Source: a virus | Taxonomy: Duplodnaviria; Caudoviricetes | Direction: 5' to 3' (one strand) | DNA length: 64,000 nt | IMG/VR virus record: IMGVR_UViG_2799112723_000003 | Span: 1,425 to 65,424 of that record | Part shown: positions 26,726 through 34,560 of the stretch, piece by piece | How positions within the stretch are numbered: position 1 is the first letter of the stretch | How the letters are laid out: every line of letters begins with the position of its first letter | Position numbers and translations under genes: made by a program | The notes under the pieces: model-generated | Database searches by the model: none | Told to the model about the DNA's origin: nothing | Seen by the model: only the letters and a program-made list of their open reading frames with translations

Positions 26726-28543
26726 TTATGCGTTGCCGGTGTACTGCTTCCACTCGTTGTCATCTTCGCTCCACTGCCAAACCTTGTCGCCATCCAGCAC
26801 AGTGCCGGTGTACTCGGTCCAGGCGTTGTTGGTGAAGATGTAGTACTTGCCCTGCTCGTAGGTGACTGCCTCCTGACCTTCGCCGACGGTGATGTCCTCG
26901 GTTGGTGCAATGAGGTCACCGGCACTCGGATTTTCGGGCAGTGTGCTCACCTTCTCTACGGGACCGTCCTCACTCAGCAGACCGTCGAAGCTGATCAGCA
27001 TGCCGTCGGTAGGATTGCTGGGCAGTGCGTCTACCAGGTTCACAGGATTGCTGTTGTCTGACATGTTCTTCTCTACAATCTCGTCGCTTGGGCCTACCAG
27101 CACGCTGGTATGTCCGCCCAGCTTCAGGGCACCGCTCTCGATGTAGATGAAGCGGCTGGCCTCACGGGCTTCATTGCCGGCTTTCTTCAGGTCAATCTCG
27201 TAGGTCTTGGAGTTGCCGTTGATGTTGTGGTAGTACTTGGCCTTCTGCGTGGGGATAACCACCATGAAGTTTGAGTAGCCAAGGTCATCCAGGGCTGGAG
27301 CGTGTACAATGTGCAGCGTACCGAAGTTGCTTACCAGGTCGCGGACAATGATGCCGTAGTCGGTCTTGTGGTGCTTATACTCTACGGTGTGGTGCAGAAT
27401 TTCGGGCATGTTGTCCAGCTCGGCAATCTTGTTCATACCGCAATAGGCGTAGGCTTCTTTCGACTTGCCCAGTCCGGTGCCGATCACCTTGCCGATGGCT
27501 GAAATGTACTCCCACTTGAACTTGCCGTCCAGACCTAGCGTATTGGTCAGCTGGCGCAAAGCACCCTGCATGGTGTAGACAAACTCTTCGTTTCCGTCTT
27601 TCATGCGCATGATAAAGCGGCTCTGGGCCATAATCCACAGGCTGTACTCCTGCTTCTTCTTGAAGTTGCGAAGGGCCTGTGCCTTGATGTCGGTAAGTCC
27701 CCAGCTGGTCTTCTTGATAACTTCTCGCTCATGGTCGGTAATAAGGATATTGAACTCCATCTTCTGCAGATAGACGGTGTTCGGACGGGGCTGACTGTTG
27801 TCGGGCTGTACAATCATCTGGCTCTCGCTGGCTGCAACAGAGGTAATCACCATCTTGGTGCCTGCAGGAATGGCCGGGGCTGTGTACTCTCGCAGATAGT
27901 CGCTCTTCGTACCTTCGGTCTTGGTAATACCATTAATAGGACGGCAGGTAATCTTCTCTTCGTCGTTGGCTACTACAAACAGTACCAGCGGACCACCGTC
28001 TTTCTTGGTTTGGCTTCCATTCTCATAACCGCCTACTCCTGTTACTACAATGGTACTTGATACTCCCAGCATGTCCAGGTTACCGCTACAGTTGCTCTCT
28101 GTCAGTATGACTTTCTCACCGGCTGCAATATCGTCGGTAACTACAAGCGTCATGTCTTCCTCACCAATGCGGAAGTCGGTAATCTCGTAGTCATGGCCAC
28201 CGACGTTGCGCTGCATGGCAATGGTCTGGGCGTGGTTCAGCAGTACATAGTCATCGGCTTCAAACTCCACAATGTCGGGGTCGTACTGGTCTTCTACCAG
28301 CTTGGCACGGCGCAACTGGGTGGCTGATGCCTGCGTACCTGGCAGTGACTGACCGGCTCCTTTGCCGTCAGGACTCTTCATATCATTGGTATCAGGATTC
28401 ACCGGGTCAGGATTGGCCGGGTCTGGCTCAACCACTGCTGCATCGGCAAGGCACAGTCCTGTACCGCCTGTCAAAATAGCCATCATCAAAAGACACAAAC
28501 TGACAAATAGCCGTCGTGTAAAATTAAATTTGTTCTGTTTCAT
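26726..28543 (-). CDS. Major capsid protein with hydrophobic N-terminal leader and C-terminal extension
   Basis: Follows the scaffold gene; NTVYLQKME, ALRNFKKKQEYSLW, TMQGALRQ, FGTLHIVHAPALD segments fit an HK97-type capsid; leader residues 12-33 are hydrophobic. Confidence 0.75.
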   Translation of the reverse strand: MKQNKFNFTRRLFVSLCLLMMAILTGGTGLCLADAAVVEPDPANPDPVNPDTNDMKSPDGKGAGQSLPGTQASATQLRRAKLVEDQYDPDIVEFEADDYVLLNHAQTIAMQRNVGGHDYEITDFRIGEEDMTLVVTDDIAAGEKVILTESNCSGNLDMLGVSSTIVVTGVGGYENGSQTKKDGGPLVLFVVANDEEKITCRPINGITKTEGTKSDYLREYTAPAIPAGTKMVITSVAASESQMIVQPDNSQPRPNTVYLQKMEFNILITDHEREVIKKTSWGLTDIKAQALRNFKKKQEYSLWIMAQSRFIMRMKDGNEEFVYTMQGALRQLTNTLGLDGKFKWEYISAIGKVIGTGLGKSKEAYAYCGMNKIAELDNMPEILHHTVEYKHHKTDYGIIVRDLVSNFGTLHIVHAPALDDLGYSNFMVVIPTQKAKYYHNINGNSKTYEIDLKKAGNEAREASRFIYIESGALKLGGHTSVLVGPSDEIVEKNMSDNSNPVNLVDALPSNPTDGMLISFDGLLSEDGPVEKVSTLPENPSAGDLIAPTEDITVGEGQEAVTYEQGKYYIFTNNAWTEYTGTVLDGDKVWQWSEDDNEWKQYTGNA

Positions 28544-28576
28544 ACATTAATTGTTTTAAATGGGTTAATATTTTGT

Positions 28577-28741
28577 TTACCTTTTAGTCAGCCCACCGCG
28601 TCGTATCTGGGTTCCTGATGCCTGTGTACCTCTTAGTGACTGGCCTGCTCCGCGTCCGTCCGGACTGCGCATGTTGTTCACCGTGGGGTCTACGGGGTCT
28701 CTCTTCCTGGGACTGGGGTCTATGACGGGACTGTCTTTCAT
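28577..28741 (-). CDS. 54-aa mini-protein duplicating the capsid N-arm (not in ORF track)
   Basis: MKDSPVIDPSPRKRDPVDPTVNNMRSPDGRGAGQSLRGTQASGTQIRRGGLTKR*; 26/37 identities to capsid residues 46-82; ATG overlaps the scaffold TGA. Confidence 0.85.
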   Translation of the reverse strand: MKDSPVIDPSPRKRDPVDPTVNNMRSPDGRGAGQSLRGTQASGTQIRRGGLTKR

Positions 28742-29538
28742 ACGCCGTCCTCTCCCCAGTCGGCAAAACCGCCGCGTTTCTTGGGCTGGCGCTCACCGCG
28801 TCCTACGCCACCGCCTGACAGGCTGGGCACACCGCTGCCAAAGTTTCTCAGACCGTTCTGCATTCGCTCGTTCATGGCGGTAGCACGGGCTTTGTCGGCG
28901 GCTGATGCAATATCGCTGTCGTAGTTCTGGGCCTTCAGCACGGCTTCCCATACTTCCTTGGGCACAATTCCCATGGCGGCATTGCCGATGATGCCAGGGT
29001 CTGTCTGCTCGCCGTTCTCGTCGGTCTCGCCAAACAGTTTCTTCACCAGGGCTATCGCGTCTTCGTTGCTCAGGTTCTTCTCCTGCTGCAACTGCTTCAG
29101 GGCGTCAAAGCTCTGCTGCATGTTGGTACCGATCTCTTCCTTGCGCTTGGCGTCTGCGGCCAGACTCTCTTGGAACTTGCCCAGGGCGTCGCCCATCTGC
29201 TTGCCGAAGTCGGGGTTGTTGGCCAGCTCTCTGATGTCCATGTCGGGGCCGATGTTCTCTGCCAGATAGACAAAGGGGTTCTCACCTTCCTTGGCGGCAA
29301 GTACCAGCCCACCTAACAGCGGGGTCTTGTCCATGGCTTCGCCTAACTGACGGTTGCTCTCGCGGAAGTTCTCCAGCTCGTCCAGATTGCTGTTGGCTTG
29401 CTCGTAGAAAGCGTCTTCGTCATCCAGATTCATGTCGGGATGTGCGGCCTGGTAGCGGCTGCGATAACGCTCACGGGCTGTGGGCTGTTGACCTTCTGCT
29501 GCTTCCTGACCTTCTTTCTTTTTCGTATTCTCTGCCAT
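28738..29538 (-). CDS. Capsid scaffold-like protein
   Basis: Acidic and helical, basic C-terminus; upstream of the capsid gene; start MAENTKK. Confidence 0.65.
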   Translation of the reverse strand: MAENTKKKEGQEAAEGQQPTARERYRSRYQAAHPDMNLDDEDAFYEQANSNLDELENFRESNRQLGEAMDKTPLLGGLVLAAKEGENPFVYLAENIGPDMDIRELANNPDFGKQMGDALGKFQESLAADAKRKEEIGTNMQQSFDALKQLQQEKNLSNEDAIALVKKLFGETDENGEQTDPGIIGNAAMGIVPKEVWEAVLKAQNYDSDIASAADKARATAMNERMQNGLRNFGSGVPSLSGGGVGRGERQPKKRGGFADWGEDGV

Positions 29539-29567
29539 AAATTTGCGTGATTTAAAAATTTCCGCTG

Positions 29568-29679
29568 TAAAATTATAAATCATTCTTCCTGCTTTATTCA
29601 TAAAATTTCCCTTCATCAGACAGAAAGCACGCAGAGGAAAATTTTATGAAGAAACGTGCTTGCCTGCTTCCTAACTTTG
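29568..29679. promoter_or_regulatory. Divergent late promoters sharing an AAATTTTATGAA motif
   Basis: Plus: GGAAAATTTTATGAA (29636-29650)-N21-TAACTTTG. Minus: GGAAATTTTATGAA (29610-29597)-N21-TAATTTTA. Confidence 0.7.
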
Positions 29680-29696
29680 TAGGCAAAAAGAAGTAT

Positions 29697-31730
29697 ATGA
29701 CTAAGCCGTTATTGACTCTGAAGGATGTCACGCCACTGGCCAAAGACAATAGGTTTGACTCTGTAAAGAAACGACGTACCAACAACATACAGGATGCTGT
29801 CTACGACACTGACCTGCTGGGAGAGTGTGAGCGTTCATGGAACGGAAAGGATGCCATACGTCAGGAACGTGCCAGGGTGTTGCGTTATATCTTCGGCAAT
29901 CAGTGGGGCGATCAGGTGCCGGTGGATGGCTATGGTCTTATGTCTGAGGAAAAGCTCATCAGAATGCAGGGCAATACGCCGCTTCGCAACAATGTCATGC
30001 ACTCGCTATGGATGAGCGTCTACGGCATTCACGCCAAGACGGAAACGGAACCTGTATGCTATGCGCGTCATCAGAATGCCAAGGAGCTGTCGGACAATCT
30101 GTCTGCGGCCATACAGACCAACTGGCAGAACACCTACCAGTCGGAAAAGCTCGACAATGCCTTTGCAGAGTTCCTGGTGTCTTCACAGGCTTTCGCACGC
30201 GAAACCATGGAAGAGCGTCACGAACTGCTGGACTCCTATACGGACTTCCCCAATCCTTATTATGCGTTCTGGGAGGGCGGCAACGATGCCACGCATCAGG
30301 ACTTGCGTCTCATAGGTCTCCTGCATGACATCAGCCGCGAGGAACTGTACTTCCGCTTTGCCAAGCCGGAATATGGGCTGACCATCCAGAAGCTGGACGA
30401 AATCTACCACTTCAACGATGGCAACATACTGCACTATGCGGTAGCACAGCAGCCTCACAACGAGGTCAACGACTACCTCAACGTGTCTTTCTACAATCCG
30501 TCTGACCCTAGCCTGGTACGTGTCATTGAGGTGTGGCGCGAAGAGGTGAAGCCGCGTTATCAGTGCAAAGACCCGCTGGCGGCTAACCAGCTCGACCACA
30601 TGTTCCGATGTGAAAAGGAGGACTTGCCAAAGCTCCTGGAGATTAACCAGGAACGTAAGGCCATGTACGAGGCGCAGGGGGTTCCTCCTGAAGACAGGGC
30701 GTACATTACGGCTACGGAGATAGTCGACAAGTACTGGCAGTACTACTTCCTGGCTCCTGACGGACGGGTGCTCTGCGAGGGCGAAAGTCCCTACGACCAT
30801 AAGGAGCATCCCTTCACGGTGGCGCTGTTCCCGTACATCAATGGGGAGATTCATTCTTTCATGGGTATGTTCATCGACCAGCAGCGCTACATCAACCGCA
30901 CGGTCATGATGGGCGACATGGCCATGAAGAATGCGGCAAAGGGTATGACCTTCCTGCCGCTCAGCATGAAGCCGGACGATATGACCATCGATGAATATGC
31001 CAACCAGAAGACGCGATTCGACTCGGTGTTTGTCTATGACGACATGAAGCCGGAGGCGCTGAAGTCTCAGCGTAAGCCGGAGTTCTATACGCACTCGGCA
31101 TTCAACATCGGACAGACGGAGATGCTGCAACTACAGCTTAACATGATTCATGAGGTCAGCGGCGTTTCGGGGGCTTTGCAGGGTAAGACTCCGCAGTCTG
31201 GTACAAGCTATGCTCGCTATGCGCTGGAGTCGGAGAATGCCACTACGTCCATCTATCCGCTCATCAAGACCTTTAACGGTTTTGAAGAGCGTGTGGCCAT
31301 GAAGAAACTCATTACCATGCAGCAGTACTACGAGGACGGGCGTGACATCACTCCGCGCAAGTCGGAACAGCAGATCTTCTACAAGGCCAATGCCTGCCGC
31401 AACATCAAGAGCAATGTCAGCATCAAGAACTCTGCGGCATCGGCGGCGTTCCTGCAACTGGGCAACGAGATGCTGGACCGACTGCTACAACTGCAGGCCA
31501 TCGACGTACGGACATATCTGAAGAACTACGACAGTCCGTACTCGGAGAAACTGCTGCAGGACTACGACAACTACATGAACCAGCTGCAACAGGGCCAGCA
31601 ACCTGCCATGCCGCCACAGATTCCGGGGGCCGACCAGCAACAGGCGGCTGTCGCCTCTCAGCTCATGCAGGGTGGTGGTCAGCTCTTCACTCGTCAGAAA
31701 CCGGGCGCACCTCTCACGCCTGCCGCATAA
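29697..31730 (+). CDS. Portal protein (P22/podovirus-like)
   Basis: YIFGNQW..PLRNNVM..DQQRYINR..EVSGVSGALQG motifs; Gln-rich tail. Confidence 0.8.
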   Translation: MTKPLLTLKDVTPLAKDNRFDSVKKRRTNNIQDAVYDTDLLGECERSWNGKDAIRQERARVLRYIFGNQWGDQVPVDGYGLMSEEKLIRMQGNTPLRNNVMHSLWMSVYGIHAKTETEPVCYARHQNAKELSDNLSAAIQTNWQNTYQSEKLDNAFAEFLVSSQAFARETMEERHELLDSYTDFPNPYYAFWEGGNDATHQDLRLIGLLHDISREELYFRFAKPEYGLTIQKLDEIYHFNDGNILHYAVAQQPHNEVNDYLNVSFYNPSDPSLVRVIEVWREEVKPRYQCKDPLAANQLDHMFRCEKEDLPKLLEINQERKAMYEAQGVPPEDRAYITATEIVDKYWQYYFLAPDGRVLCEGESPYDHKEHPFTVALFPYINGEIHSFMGMFIDQQRYINRTVMMGDMAMKNAAKGMTFLPLSMKPDDMTIDEYANQKTRFDSVFVYDDMKPEALKSQRKPEFYTHSAFNIGQTEMLQLQLNMIHEVSGVSGALQGKTPQSGTSYARYALESENATTSIYPLIKTFNGFEERVAMKKLITMQQYYEDGRDITPRKSEQQIFYKANACRNIKSNVSIKNSAASAAFLQLGNEMLDRLLQLQAIDVRTYLKNYDSPYSEKLLQDYDNYMNQLQQGQQPAMPPQIPGADQQQAAVASQLMQGGGQLFTRQKPGAPLTPAA

Positions 31731-31753
31731 GTACACACTAAAAACAGGTAATA

Positions 31754-32215
31754 ATGAACATCACACTGACATCTGCCGACATAGCCGCAACGGTCAAGCG
31801 CTCGCTTTCCATCATTGGCAAGCGTGCCAGGGACGACAACGGCAACCTCTTGTTCCAGGACATCAGCATTGGTTCCAGGGAAGAGGCCATCCTGGATGAC
31901 TTCTTCAGTCAGGCTGTTATCGAGCTGGCTACTGAGACTGCTGCATTTATAACGGACAGTACGGAGAGTAGCATCACACTGACTTTCCCGGAAAACCATA
32001 ACGTAAAACTCGACACCTTCATACAGAAGTCATGCGTCAACTACTGTGTGTCTTATGCGCTGTATTCATGGTTCACAATCACTGCGCCACAACTGTCAAA
32101 GAAGTACCAGGAAGACTGCAACAGCAACGTGGCAAGCATCATCAGGCTCATCAACGACAAGAAGGCTCCTGAAAGTACGCTCGACATACTATCCACATCG
32201 ACAAGTATAACATAA
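31754..32215 (+). CDS. Neck/ring protein paralogue 1
   Basis: Downstream of portal; CVNYCVSYALYSWF motif shared with the next genes. Confidence 0.55.
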   Translation: MNITLTSADIAATVKRSLSIIGKRARDDNGNLLFQDISIGSREEAILDDFFSQAVIELATETAAFITDSTESSITLTFPENHNVKLDTFIQKSCVNYCVSYALYSWFTITAPQLSKKYQEDCNSNVASIIRLINDKKAPESTLDILSTSTSIT

Positions 32216-32226
32216 ATATTAAGTAT

Positions 32227-32757
32227 ATGGCAAAGACTATCACGCTTAATCTCCAGAAAGACCTCATCTTGGAGGCTGTCAAGGCTGAAACCTACGACAC
32301 AGGACGTATCGTCAAGTCGAACGACCCTGTAAAAAATGCATCTACCGTTCTTGTTGAACAGGCAGGAGGTGAACAACATCAGGAGAGACAGATGCTTAGG
32401 TCGCTCAAACAGGCCGTCGGCGCTTTTGAAGCTAAGATGGTGGAGTTCCTGGATGCCGGTAGCGGAAACATCAACAATACCTTGACTGCTAATCAGAGTG
32501 CATTTACCATTACAATGGTTGTCAGTGACCGCTACAACAATGGACTGGCTAATCCGATGTCTTCTCTTTGCGAGGATTATCTTATCAACAAGATGATGTA
32601 TTCGTGGTGGGTTTCCCGTGACCAGAAGTTTGCCAATCAGTTTGCGATAAGTGCCCAGGACTCTATTGACAACATACGGCTCTGCCTGGCTAAGTCGGCC
32701 CCTACGGCTTCTTCGTCAAACTATACGGACGTCACAGGAAACGTAACTCAATCATAA
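32227..32757 (+). CDS. Neck/ring protein paralogue 2
   Basis: DRYNNG..CEDYLINKMMYSWW. Confidence 0.55.
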   Translation: MAKTITLNLQKDLILEAVKAETYDTGRIVKSNDPVKNASTVLVEQAGGEQHQERQMLRSLKQAVGAFEAKMVEFLDAGSGNINNTLTANQSAFTITMVVSDRYNNGLANPMSSLCEDYLINKMMYSWWVSRDQKFANQFAISAQDSIDNIRLCLAKSAPTASSSNYTDVTGNVTQS

Positions 32758-32761
32758 CACT

Positions 32762-33610
32762 ATGGCAAAGGAAATCAAAATAACGCTTATACAGTCGCTC
32801 ATCGTCAACTCGGTCAAGAACGAGACTTACCGGCGGGGGCAGGTGTTCAAAGCTGCCGACGAAAAGCGGACGGCAATGGCATTCCACGACCAGGCGGGTG
32901 ATGACGCTTATCATGAGGCCATCATCGGACGGGCTATGTTCACGCAGGCTGAAATGCTCAAAACGTGGTTCTCGGAATATCTCTCCGGCTCTGGATTCCT
33001 GGCTGAAGACCCGCTCATCTCTCAGGATGAGGAAAACGGTACTATCGAGATTTCCCTGAAGGTGTCTGACCGATTCAACAATGGCTACGTCAAGACGCTG
33101 GCACGACTGGGACAGAAGTATGTCGAAGACCGTATCATCTATCTTTGGTGGGCTACTACCGACAAGGAACTGGCGGCTATCTATTCACAACTGGCAGAGG
33201 AAGACTTGGTGGGCATACGGCGCTGTTTCAGCAAGACGGCTCCAAATGCGCCTGCCTACAATTTCCCGACGGCCATCGAACTGCGCTACCCCATCATCCC
33301 GGAGCGCAATCAGACACCGGGATATATCACGCCTGGCAACAGTGCCGTCATCCAGCCTATCCAGCTCTTCAACAATCCCTGGATCATCGGACGGGGTGAA
33401 GAGTCGGAAATATCCTATACGCTGACCGGCGAAGGTGGCAAGAAACCTATCGACGACGTCATTGTACGCTGTGACGACGGATGCTGTGAGCCTTTCATGC
33501 ACGGTGGCAACTGGTGCCTGCGGGGCATCTGCAAGGGTATCACCATCGTCACACTCTTCTCACGACATAACGACCAGGTGTTTGCAAAATTCGCCATCCG
33601 CATCGTCTAA
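32762..33610 (+). CDS. Neck/ring protein paralogue 3 with C-terminal beta domain
   Basis: DRFNNG..GQKYVEDRIIYLWW..CFSKTAP. Confidence 0.55.
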   Translation: MAKEIKITLIQSLIVNSVKNETYRRGQVFKAADEKRTAMAFHDQAGDDAYHEAIIGRAMFTQAEMLKTWFSEYLSGSGFLAEDPLISQDEENGTIEISLKVSDRFNNGYVKTLARLGQKYVEDRIIYLWWATTDKELAAIYSQLAEEDLVGIRRCFSKTAPNAPAYNFPTAIELRYPIIPERNQTPGYITPGNSAVIQPIQLFNNPWIIGRGEESEISYTLTGEGGKKPIDDVIVRCDDGCCEPFMHGGNWCLRGICKGITIVTLFSRHNDQVFAKFAIRIV

Positions 33611-33645
33611 CGTCCTACATCTTACTTCTAACATCTTACATCTAC

Positions 33646-34212
33646 ATGTATCCTCATCACCTACATACTCCAGACCGTCCTTTACCAGCCACCGTTCCTG
33701 CTGGTTCTCCAGCAGGCAAACAACTGGTAGAGGTCATCCTCTTGCATGAGGAACTGACACACGACATCGAGGCTGACATACGGCGCATCGAGAAGGCACG
33801 CAAGCTGGAAGAGTCGCCCATACTGGCTGACAATGGTTCGGACGATTACTCGCTGTGTCGCCTCATCGACCAGGCTGTCAATCATGTGGTCGCTCGCTGC
33901 AGGGCTTATCTCCTGCTGCCGTCTCCATTCGTACGGCGTATCTCCACCAATCACGCCCACAACTGGGAAGAGAAGAATATCCTCCTGGCGCTGCCGCACA
34001 ACTGGGCACCGCACAACATCGACCCGCTGCGGGATGCCGTACACAACTATATCGTAAAGAATGTGGAGTACCAGCTGCTGGCACAGACGCTGCCACAGGA
34101 TGCTACGACCATGCTCTGTCAGCAACAGGCCACCGACAGCTACAACGAAATCAATGCGCTCATCAACAGCCGACTGGGTGGTGTCCGTACACACCCTACC
34201 ATCTTCGGCTAA
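33646..34212 (+). CDS. Neck/ring protein paralogue 4
   Basis: LIDQAVNHV..AVHNYIVKNVEYQLL; start uncertain. Confidence 0.5.
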   Translation: MYPHHLHTPDRPLPATVPAGSPAGKQLVEVILLHEELTHDIEADIRRIEKARKLEESPILADNGSDDYSLCRLIDQAVNHVVARCRAYLLLPSPFVRRISTNHAHNWEEKNILLALPHNWAPHNIDPLRDAVHNYIVKNVEYQLLAQTLPQDATTMLCQQQATDSYNEINALINSRLGGVRTHPTIFG

Positions 34213-34249
34213 CTAATATAATTAAGGTATAACTATCTATATAAGGTAT

Positions 34250-34558
34250 ATGCCAGGAAAAGCAGGCCGGCCACCCGGAGCCAAGAACAAGGTAGGAGCT
34301 GATGAAAAGGAGTTCATCAAAGGTCTACTCGGCGAAACTCAGGAACAGTTTCGCAAGGAGTTCATGCGCCTGGCTGATAGCGTCAACAAGGAAAACCCAA
34401 CCATCCAGGACAAACTGGACAGCCGGCGCTTCATGGAGATACGCAACGACCTTGCAAAGATGGTGGTGCCTAAGCCTGTAGAAATCGACGCCAGCATATC
34501 ATCGTCTGACTTCGAGACGCTGATGGGCCTGTGTTCCAAGTGGTCTGACGAAAAATAA
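34250..34558 (+). CDS. terS: Terminase small subunit-like protein
   Basis: GRPPGAKNK N-terminus, helical core, VVPKP C-terminus; adjacent to TerL. Confidence 0.6.
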   Translation: MPGKAGRPPGAKNKVGADEKEFIKGLLGETQEQFRKEFMRLADSVNKENPTIQDKLDSRRFMEIRNDLAKMVVPKPVEIDASISSSDFETLMGLCSKWSDEK

Positions 34559-34560
34559 TC

